This document shows positions 54,452 to 64,000 of a stretch of 64,000 bases of DNA, piece by piece. This stretch comes from an uncultured Desulfarculus sp. (GTDB lineage Bacteria > Desulfobacterota > Desulfarculia > Desulfarculales > Desulfarculaceae). Location: NCBI GenBank assembly GCA_963665125.2, contig CAXXUK010000001.1:3520001-3584000 (forward strand), in the 5' to 3' direction. The stretch's first letter is position 1, and the number at the start of each line of letters is the position of its first letter. The position numbers and the translations under genes were made by a program. The notes below the pieces were generated by a model. The model was not told the origin of the DNA and ran no database searches. It saw only the letters and a program-made list of their open reading frames with translations.

Positions 54452-55696
54452 CTACTTAGCCACCAACCTGTGATGCTTCTTCTTGCCGGCGCGGAGCCAA
54501 ATGGCGCCGTCGTCGCCGGCCTGGGCCAGGGTGACAAGCTGGTCAAAGGCTGCGATCTTCTCTTCGCCCACATAGGCGCCACCCTGCTGGATCAGCCTGC
54601 GGGCCTCGGAGCTGGACTTGCACAGACCCACCTCGGCGAAGATCTGAAAGGCCGCCACGCCCTCGGTAAGCCGCGCCCTGTCGATTTCCGTGGCCGGTAC
54701 GCCCTCGGAGTCGCCCGCGCCGCCAAAGGCCGCCTGGGCCGCCTTTTCGGCCTCCTGGGCCGCCGCCTCGCCATGGACGACCTTGGTCACCTCGAATGCC
54801 AAAACCCGCTTGGCCTCGTTGATGGCCGCGCCCTCCAGCTTGGCCAGTTCGGCGATTTGCTCCAGGGGCAGGAAGGTAAACAGCTTGAGGAAGCGCTCCA
54901 CGTCGTCGTCGTGGGTGTTCACCCAATACTGGTAAAAATCGTAAACACTGGTGCGCTCGGAATCCAGCCACACGGCCCCGGCATGGGTCTTGCCCATCTT
55001 CTGTCCGGATGCCGTGGTCAGCAGGGGGAAGGTCAGACCGTGAACCGGCTTGGAGTGCATGCGCCGGGTCAGGTCCACGCCCATGACGATGTTGCCCCAC
55101 TGGTCGTTGCCGCCCATCTGGAGCTTGCAGTCCATTTTTCCGGCCAGATACATGAAGTCATAGGCCTGAAGAATCATGTAGTTGAACTCGATGAACGACA
55201 GGCCGCTGTCCTGGTTCAGACGCATCTTCACCGACTCCTGCTGCATCATCCGGTTGACGCTGAAGTGGCGGCCCACGTCGCGCAAGAACTCGATGTAGTT
55301 CAGATCCATCAGCCAGTCGGCGTTATTGAGCATAATTGCGCCGTCCGGGCCGAAGTCCAGAAAACGGCTGAGCTGCTTTTTCAGGGCCTTGGCGTTGCCG
55401 CGCACATCGTCCATGGTCAAAAGCTGACGCATCTCGGTCTTTCCCGAGGGGTCGCCGATCATGCCCGTGCCGCCGCCCACCAAAACCAGGGGCCTGTGCC
55501 CGGCCTTTTGCAGATGCACCAGGCTGAGGATGGGCACCAATGAGCCCACGTGCAGGCTGGTGGCCGTGGGGTCGAATCCGATGTAGGCGCTGACGCGCTC
55601 CTTATCAAACAACTCGCGGAGCTGGGCTTCGTCGGTGCATTGCTCCAGATAACCCCGCGAGGCATAGGTGTCAAAGAGGTTCATTTTCTTGTCCAC
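54452..55696 (-). CDS. tyrS: Tyrosine--tRNA ligase
   Basis: GFDPTATSLHVGS, QMGGNDQWGNI, KMGKT and a C-terminal S4 domain. Confidence 0.97.
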   Translation of the reverse strand: MDKKMNLFDTYASRGYLEQCTDEAQLRELFDKERVSAYIGFDPTATSLHVGSLVPILSLVHLQKAGHRPLVLVGGGTGMIGDPSGKTEMRQLLTMDDVRGNAKALKKQLSRFLDFGPDGAIMLNNADWLMDLNYIEFLRDVGRHFSVNRMMQQESVKMRLNQDSGLSFIEFNYMILQAYDFMYLAGKMDCKLQMGGNDQWGNIVMGVDLTRRMHSKPVHGLTFPLLTTASGQKMGKTHAGAVWLDSERTSVYDFYQYWVNTHDDDVERFLKLFTFLPLEQIAELAKLEGAAINEAKRVLAFEVTKVVHGEAAAQEAEKAAQAAFGGAGDSEGVPATEIDRARLTEGVAAFQIFAEVGLCKSSSEARRLIQQGGAYVGEEKIAAFDQLVTLAQAGDDGAIWLRAGKKKHHRLVAK

Positions 55697-55770
55697 TCAT
55701 TTGAAATAGAACAGATTTTGGTTAAACGCCGGGATTCTACCATGAAATGATTAAGGCTTGAAGCGCGGTT

Positions 55771-56559
55771 TTATTCAGCCAGAGGGATATCGATGCGCCG
55801 GATGGCCACGGCCAAGCCGGACTGCTCGTCAATGTCGACGATGGTGGCCTGGAGCCGCTCGTTGCCCTGGCCCACCTGGAAGCGGAAGGGCCGGGCCGTG
55901 GTAAAGCGTTGCATGGCGATCTCCGGGGCAACGCCGATGACCGTGTCATGGGGGCCGGTCATGCCGATATCGCTCTGAAAGGCCGTACCGCCGGGCAGGA
56001 TGCGCTCGTCGGCCGTGGGCACATGGGTGTGGGTGCCCAAAACAGCGGACACCCGGCCGTCCAGGTGCCAGGCCAGGGCCGCCTTTTCGCTGGTGGCCTC
56101 GGCATGAAAATCGATAATCACCGCCGCCGCGCCCTTGAGTGGGCCTTCCAGCAGTTCATCGGCCGCGCGGAAGGGGTCGTCCAGGTTGCTCATGAACACC
56201 CGGCCCTCCAGATTGGCCACGCCCACGGGGATGCCCCCGGCCACGCTCACCACCACCCAGCCCCGGCCCGGCGCGCCTGGCGGGTAATTCTGGGGCCGCA
56301 GCACGTGGGGCTCGTCTTGCAGCAGGCGGTTTACGTCGCGGTGCCGCCAGACGTGGTTGCCCGTGGTGATGACCTCCACCCCGGCCAGGAAAAGTTCTCC
56401 GGCTGTTTCCGGAGTCAGGCCGATGCCTCCCGCCGCGTTTTCACCGTTGGCGACTATCAGATCCGGCTTGTACTCGGCCTTCACGCCGGGCAGCAGTTCC
56501 TGGAGCGTGCGCCGTCCTGGCTGGCCAAAAACGTCGCCTATGTGCAGCACTCGTAGCAT
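55771..56559 (-). CDS. ymdB: YmdB/TIGR00282 metallophosphoesterase
   Basis: GDVFG, NGENAAGG, TGNH, DFHAEATSEK and GTHTHV motifs. Confidence 0.93.
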   Translation of the reverse strand: MLRVLHIGDVFGQPGRRTLQELLPGVKAEYKPDLIVANGENAAGGIGLTPETAGELFLAGVEVITTGNHVWRHRDVNRLLQDEPHVLRPQNYPPGAPGRGWVVVSVAGGIPVGVANLEGRVFMSNLDDPFRAADELLEGPLKGAAAVIIDFHAEATSEKAALAWHLDGRVSAVLGTHTHVPTADERILPGGTAFQSDIGMTGPHDTVIGVAPEIAMQRFTTARPFRFQVGQGNERLQATIVDIDEQSGLAVAIRRIDIPLAE

Positions 56560-56827
56560 ATGCGGTCTTTCCGTTTAATCAATTCCCAATATCATACCGG
56601 CCAATGGTCGGGGTCACAAGCCGATGGGTGAAACAACCAGATGCAACTGCTCATTGAAACCACCGCTCTACAAGCTTTAACATTGTGTTAAGGCGGTCAA
56701 AATCAATACGCCTACGCCACGTTGGTCTTTCCGCAAGCGTTTTGGCCGCCCCCGGTATAAATTTACTTCTCATACCAAATCAATAGGCCGAAACGGACCG
56801 GTGTACTGGGCAAGGAGAGTTCATATC

Positions 56828-57343
56828 ATGTCACGTTGTTTTTCCGCTGGATCAAGCGCGGTTGGCGCTAATAAAAAATTCAACCCCTATCTGGTCTGGA
56901 CCTGTGCGTTTCTGGTCTGCCTGAGCGTTGCCGGCTGGTCCACATCCGCCAAATGCGAGTCCCCGGCAGATCAAAAGGTTTGGACCCTGCTCAGCACCCA
57001 ATGGGACAACGGCAAGCTGCTGGTTAATTTCCGATGCGAAGGCAAGCAACCGGAAATGTCCATCACCGCCGGTGATCCGGCCGGCAACGAGTCAAAGAAG
57101 GCAAAGGCTCTTCCCGGTCAGCTATTCAATTATTTTAAAACCCCCAAACAGCCCACGGGCTATACGCTCAGCTACTTCGGGGTCAGCAGCCACCCAAGCG
57201 AAATTCAGCTTCGCAACGACCTGAATCACGTGCCCATCAGTGGGTATCTGTACATTGAAGGGCGGTTGTCGGCCACCATACCGGGCATCAAACCAAACGC
57301 CAGGGGCCGTTACTCCATCCATTGCCAGGCCTCTCAGCTGTAA
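56828..57343 (+). CDS. Hypothetical exported or membrane-anchored protein
   Basis: AGGAGA RBS before ATG 56828; hydrophobic segment near the N-terminus; no family recognised. Confidence 0.55.
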   Translation: MSRCFSAGSSAVGANKKFNPYLVWTCAFLVCLSVAGWSTSAKCESPADQKVWTLLSTQWDNGKLLVNFRCEGKQPEMSITAGDPAGNESKKAKALPGQLFNYFKTPKQPTGYTLSYFGVSSHPSEIQLRNDLNHVPISGYLYIEGRLSATIPGIKPNARGRYSIHCQASQL

Positions 57344-57366
57344 TCCGGCGACATTCTCTATAAAAC

Positions 57367-57407
57367 AAAGCGGGCGGCCCAGAAGTGAGCCGCCCGCTGT
57401 TTTTTTA
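57367..57407. terminator. Bidirectional terminator between the hypothetical gene and rny
   Basis: AAAGCGGGCGGC...GCCGCCCGCTG followed by a T-run. Confidence 0.8.
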
Positions 57408-57419
57408 TGTCGCTTGCTT

Positions 57420-58982
57420 TTACTTGGCGTAGTCCACGGCCCTGGTCTCGCGGATCACCGTGACCTTGATCTGGCCGGGATACATCAAGTCGTCCTCGAT
57501 CTGGCGGGCCACGTCCCTGGAGATCATCACCGCGTCGTCGTCGGAGGTGTTTTCGGCCTCCAGGACGATGCGCACCTCGCGTCCGGCCTGGATGGCGTAG
57601 GAGTTGGCCACGCCGTTGTGGGCATTGGCGATTGCTTCCAGATCTTCCAGCCGCTTGACATAGCTCTCGAGCATCTCGCGGCGGGCTCCGGGCCGGGCCC
57701 CGCTAAGGGCGTCGGCGGCCTGCACCAGCACATCGAGCACCGACTCCGGTGGCACGTCCTCGTGGTGCGCGCCGATGGCGTGGACGATGTGCGGCTTCTC
57801 ATTGAAGCGCTTGGCCAGGTCCTGGCCGATAACGGCATGGGGGCCTTCGATCTCGTGGTCCACGGCCTTGCCGATATCGTGCAACAACCCGGCCCGGCGG
57901 GCCTGCTTGGGATTGATGCCCAGCTCCGAGGCCATGATCCCCGAAAGGAAGGCCACCTCAACCGAATGTTGCAACACGTTTTGGCTGTAGGAGGAACGGT
58001 AACGCAGACGGCCCAGAAGCTTGACCAACTCCGGATGAATGCCGTGCACGCCCACGTCAAAGGTGGCCTGCTCTCCGGCCTCCTTGATGCTGGCTTCCAC
58101 CTCGACGGTGACCTTCTTGACGATCTCCTCGATGCGGGCCGGATGGATCCGCCCATCGGAGATAAGCCGCTCCAGGCTCAGCCGGGCGATCTCCCGGCGC
58201 ATGGGGTTGAACCCGCTGATGATCACCGCCTCGGGCGTGTCGTCGATAATCAGGTCTATGCCGCAGGCGGCCTCGATGGCCCGGATGTTGCGGCCCTCCC
58301 GGCCGATGATACGGCCCTTCATCTCGTCGTTGGGCAGGTTGACGACGCTGACCGTCTTTTCCACGGCATAGTCGCCCGCATAACGCTTGCAGGCCAGGGC
58401 CAGGATTTCCTGGGACTTCTTGGCCGCCGTTTCCTTGGCCTCGGTTTCGATGCGGCGCACGGTCTTGGCCGCCTCGTGGCGGGCTTCGGACAATATGGCT
58501 TCCTCGAGCTGAGTCTTGGCCTCCTCCTGGGTCAGTCCGGCGACCTTTTCCAAGATCTCCTTTTGCTTGTCGAACAGCTCGTCCATTTCCCGTTTTTTGC
58601 TATCCAGGTGTTTTTCCTTGTCGCCTACGGATGTCTCCCGGCGGCTCAGATCCTTTTCCCGGACTTCCATGGTCTCGGCGCGTTTGTCCAACAATTCTTC
58701 GCGCTGGTTCAGGCGCTTTTCCAAGCCCGCGAATTCGCTGCGCCGTTCCTTGCTCTCGCTTTCAAACTCCAGCTTCATTTGGATGAGCTGGTCCTTGGCC
58801 TGAATCAAGGCCTCTTTTTTCAGGGTGTCTGCTTCGCGGCGGGCATCATCAACAATTTTCTGGCTCATGTCCGTGACGGACTGAAGCCTGGCCGCCGCCT
58901 GTTTTTTGCGGAAAATGTATCCGGCTGCCGCACCGCCGAACAAAGCGATGAACACGCCGAACACAAAGATAATTTCGCCCAT
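57420..58982 (-). CDS. rny: Ribonuclease Y
   Basis: N-terminal TM helix, coiled coil, KH domain ([13 protein letters not shown]), HD domain (LLHDIGK) and ARPGAR. Confidence 0.97.
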   Translation of the reverse strand: MGEIIFVFGVFIALFGGAAAGYIFRKKQAAARLQSVTDMSQKIVDDARREADTLKKEALIQAKDQLIQMKLEFESESKERRSEFAGLEKRLNQREELLDKRAETMEVREKDLSRRETSVGDKEKHLDSKKREMDELFDKQKEILEKVAGLTQEEAKTQLEEAILSEARHEAAKTVRRIETEAKETAAKKSQEILALACKRYAGDYAVEKTVSVVNLPNDEMKGRIIGREGRNIRAIEAACGIDLIIDDTPEAVIISGFNPMRREIARLSLERLISDGRIHPARIEEIVKKVTVEVEASIKEAGEQATFDVGVHGIHPELVKLLGRLRYRSSYSQNVLQHSVEVAFLSGIMASELGINPKQARRAGLLHDIGKAVDHEIEGPHAVIGQDLAKRFNEKPHIVHAIGAHHEDVPPESVLDVLVQAADALSGARPGARREMLESYVKRLEDLEAIANAHNGVANSYAIQAGREVRIVLEAENTSDDDAVMISRDVARQIEDDLMYPGQIKVTVIRETRAVDYAK

Positions 58983-59312
58983 TTGGCCTCCTTGATATTT
59001 CCAAGGAGGTTAAGGCCTTGCGCTGGTTTGTAGGCGCTTTTGCAGCCAGTTGGCCACCTTACACGCCATTCGTATAGGTTATTTCCTGCGGGTCTGTCGT
59101 CTTGCCGGCAGATTATCGTATTGTAATATGTCTACCAAGTGCCGGGTGCCGTAAACACGGACTGCAACTCATAATCCGCGTTTCGGCCAAGGCCGACGTC
59201 GATGCCCTGATTGTTATCATCGGCGCCGGCCGGGCCGGGTGCTTCAGACGAAGAAAGGCCTTGGTCTTTTGCCTATCCCCGCATAATGGGAGCCGGTTTA
59301 GGGCTCCAAAAT

Positions 59313-59490
59313 GTCCCCGCTTCTGCCGTGTGGCGAGATAGTTTTGAACCTGTCTGTACAGGTGGGCCGGGCGTGAGTCCGGTTCGGGCATCCCTTAAAG
59401 GCGCCGCCTCCGTATCTCAGGGGCATTCGGCCCATTAAAAAAGTGTTGGCTCAAAAATGTTGCTCGCCTAGCCACGCACAGAGCAGGGAT
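59313..59490 (-). ncRNA. ssrS: 6S RNA
   Basis: ~180 nt directly downstream of zapA. The 5' end CCCTGCTCTGTGCGTGGC pairs with the 3' end GCCACACGGCAGAAGCGGGG; inner TTTTGAGCC/GGTTCAAAA flank a central bubble. Confidence 0.88.
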
Positions 59491-59494
59491 TAAC

Positions 59495-59773
59495 CTATTC
59501 TACGGCCTGCTCGATCTTTTGCAGGAGCCGCTGCGCTCTGACCTCAATCTCCCTCAACAAGCTCTCTTTTTCATCCTTCAAAACGAGAAGCTCGCTGGTG
59601 ACGTTCAGGGCAGCCAGAACAGTTGCTGATAGCGTCGAGGATGTTGTCGTCTGGGATAAAACCTCGTTCAACCGGTCATCCAAGTAACCAGCAGCGCGCC
59701 GGACCTGGGCCTCTCCCCTGTCCGATCGCAGCAAATACTCTTTGCCTAATATTTCAACCTTGACGCCGGCCAT
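59495..59773 (-). CDS. zapA: Cell division protein ZapA
   Basis: VEILGKEY...AA.YLD..L...VLAALN, then a coiled coil; zapB-zapA-6S-rny gene order. Confidence 0.9.
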   Translation of the reverse strand: MAGVKVEILGKEYLLRSDRGEAQVRRAAGYLDDRLNEVLSQTTTSSTLSATVLAALNVTSELLVLKDEKESLLREIEVRAQRLLQKIEQAVE

Positions 59774-59787
59774 CCTATAGACCGCCG

Positions 59788-60006
59788 CTACACCTGTTCC
59801 AGTTTGGCTACCAGTTTTTCTATTCTCTGCCGCACCTGCTCTCTTTCGGCCTCCATGGAGGTGACTTTTTGCTTCAGCTCAGCCACCTCATCGTCGTGTT
59901 CCTCGATGAGTTTTATCAGCTCCGAGTTCTCTTCCTTCAGTGATGCGAGCCGATTCAGCAGTGCCTCGACTTTTTCTTCAAGGCGTAAAAATACGGCAAC
60001 TTCCAT
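59788..60006 (-). CDS. ZapB-like coiled-coil protein
   Basis: 72-aa pure coiled coil (LEEKVEALL...LKEEN) directly upstream of zapA. Confidence 0.75.
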   Translation of the reverse strand: MEVAVFLRLEEKVEALLNRLASLKEENSELIKLIEEHDDEVAELKQKVTSMEAEREQVRQRIEKLVAKLEQV

Positions 60007-60166
60007 TGGTTCTAGTGCCTCGTTCCTAGCTTACAATTTATGGCAACGGCTGTTACCGGTCAATAGTTTTGTAGAGTTTACGTTATTTTATCCAGATTAT
60101 TGACAAGTGGCTATAGGGTAATCGCACTATGTGACATCGTTTGTTCACCCAAGGCCATTCTACCTG

Positions 60167-60589
60167 TCAATCCCCTATCAGCCTTTTTCCCATTACCTGA
60201 ACCTCACTTGGTTCATATTTCAAAGACTCATAGAAGGCAATAACTGGAAGATTGGTTGTCCTGATCATCACGTTGATCTTTGGGCACCCAATATTGAGCA
60301 ATTGTTCCTCGGCTTGTTTCATCAGCCTCGACCCGGCGCCCTTGGACCGGCAATCGGGGTGAACGGCAAGATAGTAGATGTTGCCCCTGTGTCCGTCATA
60401 TCCGAACATCGCCGAACCGATTATTTCCTGTTTTTCGTTTTCCATGACCAGGAATTGGGATGGTGAGTCGGCAAGCTTTCTGTCTATATCCTTTGCCGGA
60501 TCGTTCCAGGGCCGCGTCAGTCCGCATTCATTCCACAACAAAACGACCCGGTTTCTATCGCACTGATCGGAATACGGTCTGATTTTCAC
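60167..60589 (-). CDS. GNAT acetyltransferase (YpeA-like)
   Basis: GLTRPWNDP, GYDGHRG, YLAVHP..R..G.G and GCPKIN. Confidence 0.9.
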   Translation of the reverse strand: MKIRPYSDQCDRNRVVLLWNECGLTRPWNDPAKDIDRKLADSPSQFLVMENEKQEIIGSAMFGYDGHRGNIYYLAVHPDCRSKGAGSRLMKQAEEQLLNIGCPKINVMIRTTNLPVIAFYESLKYEPSEVQVMGKRLIGD

Positions 60590-60725
60590 TTTGTTCCTCC
60601 GGACACCTGACCTGCGAGGCGATAGCTCGCTACGGCAAAGCCGATCGCTCCCAACGGGCGCTGGCTATCGTGAATTATTAGGCCAGGCCGGAACACCGGT
60701 CAGGTGGAGGTGGTTGTTCCGCCGT

Positions 60726-61085
60726 TCACCCATCCGAGCTATCAATGAACATTTCCGATTTGAGGTCGAATGATGGTGTATGCACGAGGCAAACCCGTGC
60801 CTCTTTCGACTCCCGGTTCAGATAAGAAAAATGCTGTCCCCGTAACACAACACAGAAGTCCCCCGTTGATAGAACATATTGCTCTCCATCAAGAGTGAAC
60901 TCAACTTTTCCGGCCACTACATAATAATATTTATCGGAGCGCTTTGACCAAGACTCTGCATGCGCGGCCCCTGGTGGTACGGTAATGACGGCAAATGAGG
61001 ACCCAACATCCATTTTGGATGTATAGTCCATAATCTGTAATCCATCAAAATCGATAGGGTCCACCGTGGATCGTTTAACAATCAT
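60726..61085 (-). CDS. Cupin domain protein
   Basis: VPPGAAH...YYYVVAGKVEF..DG...L..GD...G..F. Start placed at ATG 61085. Confidence 0.8.
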   Translation of the reverse strand: MIVKRSTVDPIDFDGLQIMDYTSKMDVGSSFAVITVPPGAAHAESWSKRSDKYYYVVAGKVEFTLDGEQYVLSTGDFCVVLRGQHFSYLNRESKEARVCLVHTPSFDLKSEMFIDSSDG

Positions 61086-61396
61086 TTTTTCCACTTTACT
61101 ATCGCTTGCCTCTGCGGGCTTCTGCCCTGCGAGGCGCTTGCTCGTGCCGACAGAGCCGGTCCCTCGCAACGGACATTTGCTACGCGCAATGTCCGGCCCG
61201 GACATCCTGTCCGGGGCCGAGTAGACAGGCTGTAAACTAATCCATGCGCCGCACGGACAACAGGAGCTGTCACCCAAAAGCAGCGCCGCTGGCCATCCTG
61301 GCCGGGGATTGAGGTCGAGCTCAGCAAATTCAACAAGCCGCTTTACATGAAGCGGCATCGCTACTCAAATTATTAGCGCCTTCTTTGATCCGGCTT

Positions 61397-63232
61397 TTAT
61401 TCCACGGTCACGCTTTTGGCCAGGTTGCGCGGCTGGTCCACATCCGTGCCGCGGAGGACGGCCACGTGGTAGGCCAATAGCTGAAGCGGGGTGACCATGG
61501 TCACCGGGGCCAGCATGGGCGGCGTATGGGGCACGAAGATCACGTCGTCGGCCAAAGCCTGGGCCAAGGAATTGTCTTCCTCGGTCACGGCGATGAGCCT
61601 GCCTCCCCTGGCCCGCACCTCTTCCATGTTGGAGAGCACCTTTTCCAGCACATCGGTCTGGTTGGCCAACACCACCACCGGCATGGCGTCGTCGATCAGG
61701 GCGATTGGTCCGTGCTTCATCTCGCCGGCCGGGTAGCCTTCTGCATGGATATAGCTGATTTCCTTGAGTTTAAGCGCTCCCTCCAGGGCGATGGGATAGC
61801 ACACGCCCCGGCCAAGGAACAGGAAGTCCTGGGCCCCGCAATAGCACTCGGCCACGGCGATGACCTCTTTTTCGTGCTCCAGCGCCCCCTGGACCAGTCC
61901 CGGTAGCTGCACCAGCTGCTCCACCAGGGCCAGGGCTTTGGCCTCATCCACCACGCCCCTCAGGCGTCCCATATACAGGGCCAGGGTGTACAGGGCCATA
62001 AGCTGGGTGGTGAAGGCCTTGGTGGAGGCCACGCCGATTTCCGGCCCGGCGTGGGTGTAGATCACACCGCTGGTTTCGCGGGTCAGGGTCGAGCCCACCA
62101 CGTTGCAGATGCTCAGGCCCAGGGCGCCCTTGCCCGTGGCCTCGCGCACCGCGGCCAGAGTGTCGGCCGTCTCGCCGGACTGGCTGATGGCCACCACTAT
62201 ATCACCGGGTCCCACCAGCGGGTCCCGGTAACGGAACTCCGAGCCCAGGTCCACCTCGGTGGGCATGCGCACCAGGTTCTCGAAGATGAACTTGGCCACC
62301 AGGGCCGCGTGCCAGCTGGTGCCGCAGGCCAACAAAACCATGCGCTTGGCGTTTTTTATCTGCTCGGCGCCCAGGCCGATATCGGCCAGGAACACATCCG
62401 GCGAACCGGGCTTGATCCTGCCGGTGAGGGTGTCGGTCAGGGCCCTGGGCTGCTCGAAGATCTCTTTTTGCATGAAATGGCGGTAGCCGGCCTTTTCGGC
62501 CATGGCCGGGGACCAGCTTATGGTCGAGACCTCATGCTCCACCGCATTTCCGTGCAAGTCCGTGATGGCGTAGCCGCCGTCCCGAACCACCACCATGTCT
62601 CCGTCATTGAGAAACACCACCCTATTGGTGTGAGCCAGAAACGCCGGCACATCCGAGGCCAGGAAAAATTCGCCTTCCTCGCCCAGGCCAAGGATCAGGG
62701 GCGAATCCTTGCGCGCGCCGATCATCATGCCCGTTTCCCGGCGGTCCAGGATAACCAGGGCGAAAGACCCGCGAATCTGATTCAATGCCAGGCGCACGGC
62801 GTCGGGAAGGTCCCCGGCTCCGTTTTGCAGCTCATACTCGATTAGATGGGCCGCTATCTCGGTGTCGGTCTCGGAGCTGAACTTGTGGCCCTTGGCCAAC
62901 AACTCCCGCTTGAGTTCGAGGTAATTTTCAATGATGCCGTTGTGGACCACGGCCACGTCGCCGGCCAGATGAGGGTGGGCGTTTTGTTCGCTGGGCTTGC
63001 CGTGGGTGGCCCAACGGGTGTGGCCCATGCCCAATGTGCCGTCTACGGGCTCTTCCCGCAATTTTTTACGCAGGCCGGCAAGCTTGCCTTCGGCCCGCCG
63101 CACCATGAAATCACCCTCATTAATTACGGCCAGGCCGGCCGAATCGTATCCCCGGTATTCCAGGCGGCTCAGGCCGTCCATAATCACATCCACCGGGTCC
63201 ATTGGCCCGATATAGCCGATAATGCCGCACAT
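61397..63232 (-). CDS. glmS: Glutamine--fructose-6-phosphate transaminase
   Basis: MCGIIG, HTRWATHG, SQSGETADT, GVASTKAF and PRNLAKSVTVE. Confidence 0.98.
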   Translation of the reverse strand: MCGIIGYIGPMDPVDVIMDGLSRLEYRGYDSAGLAVINEGDFMVRRAEGKLAGLRKKLREEPVDGTLGMGHTRWATHGKPSEQNAHPHLAGDVAVVHNGIIENYLELKRELLAKGHKFSSETDTEIAAHLIEYELQNGAGDLPDAVRLALNQIRGSFALVILDRRETGMMIGARKDSPLILGLGEEGEFFLASDVPAFLAHTNRVVFLNDGDMVVVRDGGYAITDLHGNAVEHEVSTISWSPAMAEKAGYRHFMQKEIFEQPRALTDTLTGRIKPGSPDVFLADIGLGAEQIKNAKRMVLLACGTSWHAALVAKFIFENLVRMPTEVDLGSEFRYRDPLVGPGDIVVAISQSGETADTLAAVREATGKGALGLSICNVVGSTLTRETSGVIYTHAGPEIGVASTKAFTTQLMALYTLALYMGRLRGVVDEAKALALVEQLVQLPGLVQGALEHEKEVIAVAECYCGAQDFLFLGRGVCYPIALEGALKLKEISYIHAEGYPAGEMKHGPIALIDDAMPVVVLANQTDVLEKVLSNMEEVRARGGRLIAVTEEDNSLAQALADDVIFVPHTPPMLAPVTMVTPLQLLAYHVAVLRGTDVDQPRNLAKSVTVE

Positions 63233-63235
63233 ATT

Positions 63236-64000
63236 CTATGCTCCCGCGGCGCTCAAACGCCGCTCATACTCCGCCAACTCTTCCTTGGAGTTGATCCCGG
63301 CCACTTCCTGCGGATCAGGGCAGACCATATAGCCGACCTTCAGTCCCATGCCCCTGAATATCCCGGCCATGTCCGTCAGGTAATACTCTTTTTGATCGTT
63401 CTGCGTTCCCAGCTTGTCCAGGTTGCCTAAAAGCGGCTCGGCCTGGAATGCGTATATCCCCGAGTTTACCAGGCGCACCCGCAATTGTTCGGGCGTTGCG
63501 TCTCGGGCCTCGACAATGGCCTCCAGGTCTCCATCGCCCAGGGTTATCAACCGGCCATAGGCGCCCGGCTCATCGAACTCCATTCCCAGCACGGTCATGG
63601 CATTGTTTCGGCGATGATGCTCCGCCAACAAATCGCGGCAGGTCTCCAGGCGCAGGCCCGGCACATCGCCATAGAGAACCAGCACGTCACCTTGGAATCC
63701 GGCCAGGTTTTCCCGGGCGGCCATCACCGCATGGCCTGTTCCCAGTTGGGGCACTTGCAAGGCAAAATCAATTTCGGGCTCATTCCTGAATTTTTCTTTT
63801 ACCAGATCGGCGCCGTGACCAACCACGGCCACGGTCCGCACCGCATTGAGCCCCTTGGCCAAATCAAGGACATGGGCCAACAGCGGACGTCCCGCCAGAT
63901 CGTGCAGGACTTTGGGCAGATCCGATTTCATGCGGGTGCCCTTGCCCGCGGCCAGAATCAATACGGCAAGCTGTTTTTCGTTAGTTGCCCCTTGGGTCAT
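63236..64000 (-). CDS. glmU: GlmU-like N-acetylglucosamine-1-phosphate uridyltransferase, N-terminal domain only
   Basis: LAAGKGTRMKS..PKVLH, QLGTGHAV, YGDVP, GAYGR and EYYLTD. Stops after the GIN helix with no hexapeptide repeats. Confidence 0.85.
   Translation of the reverse strand: MTQGATNEKQLAVLILAAGKGTRMKSDLPKVLHDLAGRPLLAHVLDLAKGLNAVRTVAVVGHGADLVKEKFRNEPEIDFALQVPQLGTGHAVMAARENLAGFQGDVLVLYGDVPGLRLETCRDLLAEHHRRNNAMTVLGMEFDEPGAYGRLITLGDGDLEAIVEARDATPEQLRVRLVNSGIYAFQAEPLLGNLDKLGTQNDQKEYYLTDMAGIFRGMGLKVGYMVCPDPQEVAGINSKEELAEYERRLSAAGA

Noticed and set aside
61086..61358. N-terminal extension of the cupin ORF to 61358
   Set aside because: The extension is non-protein-like and hairpin-rich; the cupin domain begins at ATG 61085.
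61340..61396. Tn7 insertion at attTn7 downstream of glmS
   Set aside because: No TGT-starting end at the expected distance, no TnsB-site repeats and no tns genes.

Overview
GC-rich chromosomal window from an anaerobic bacterium. Gene content and rRNA style suggest a sulfate-reducing Desulfobacterota (deltaproteobacterial) organism; this is inferred, not tested. It begins inside an IS21-type IstB ATPase. Housekeeping genes include galT, clpB, pcm, trpB2, a trmJ-like gene, an RpoD-like sigma factor, a TtuA-like gene, rimO, plsC, tyrS, ymdB, rny, 6S RNA, zapA, a zapB-like gene, glmS and a short glmU. A complete minus-strand rRNA operon (16S, tRNA-Ile, tRNA-Ala, 23S, 5S) has tandem promoters. Main observations: (1) a cysteine synthase fused to a CysRS-like domain that has lost its HIGH and KMSKS motifs but kept its Zn ligands and anticodon domain; (2) a TetR-controlled six-gene operon (two acyl-CoA ligases, amidohydrolase, DUF2889, DUF2889-PHP, DUF169-CoaE) with three readable operators; (3) a modular family of structured intergenic repeats with compensatory stem changes at 13.2-14.4 kb and 53.5-54.3 kb; (4) a secreted repeat protein frameshifted at a T7 tract and a 14-Cys exported mini-protein; (5) tandem NrdR-like boxes upstream of the rRNA promoters; (6) a Fic-like protein lacking its catalytic motif and a GlmU lacking its acetyltransferase domain. 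All calls come from reading motifs by eye; no database searches were run.
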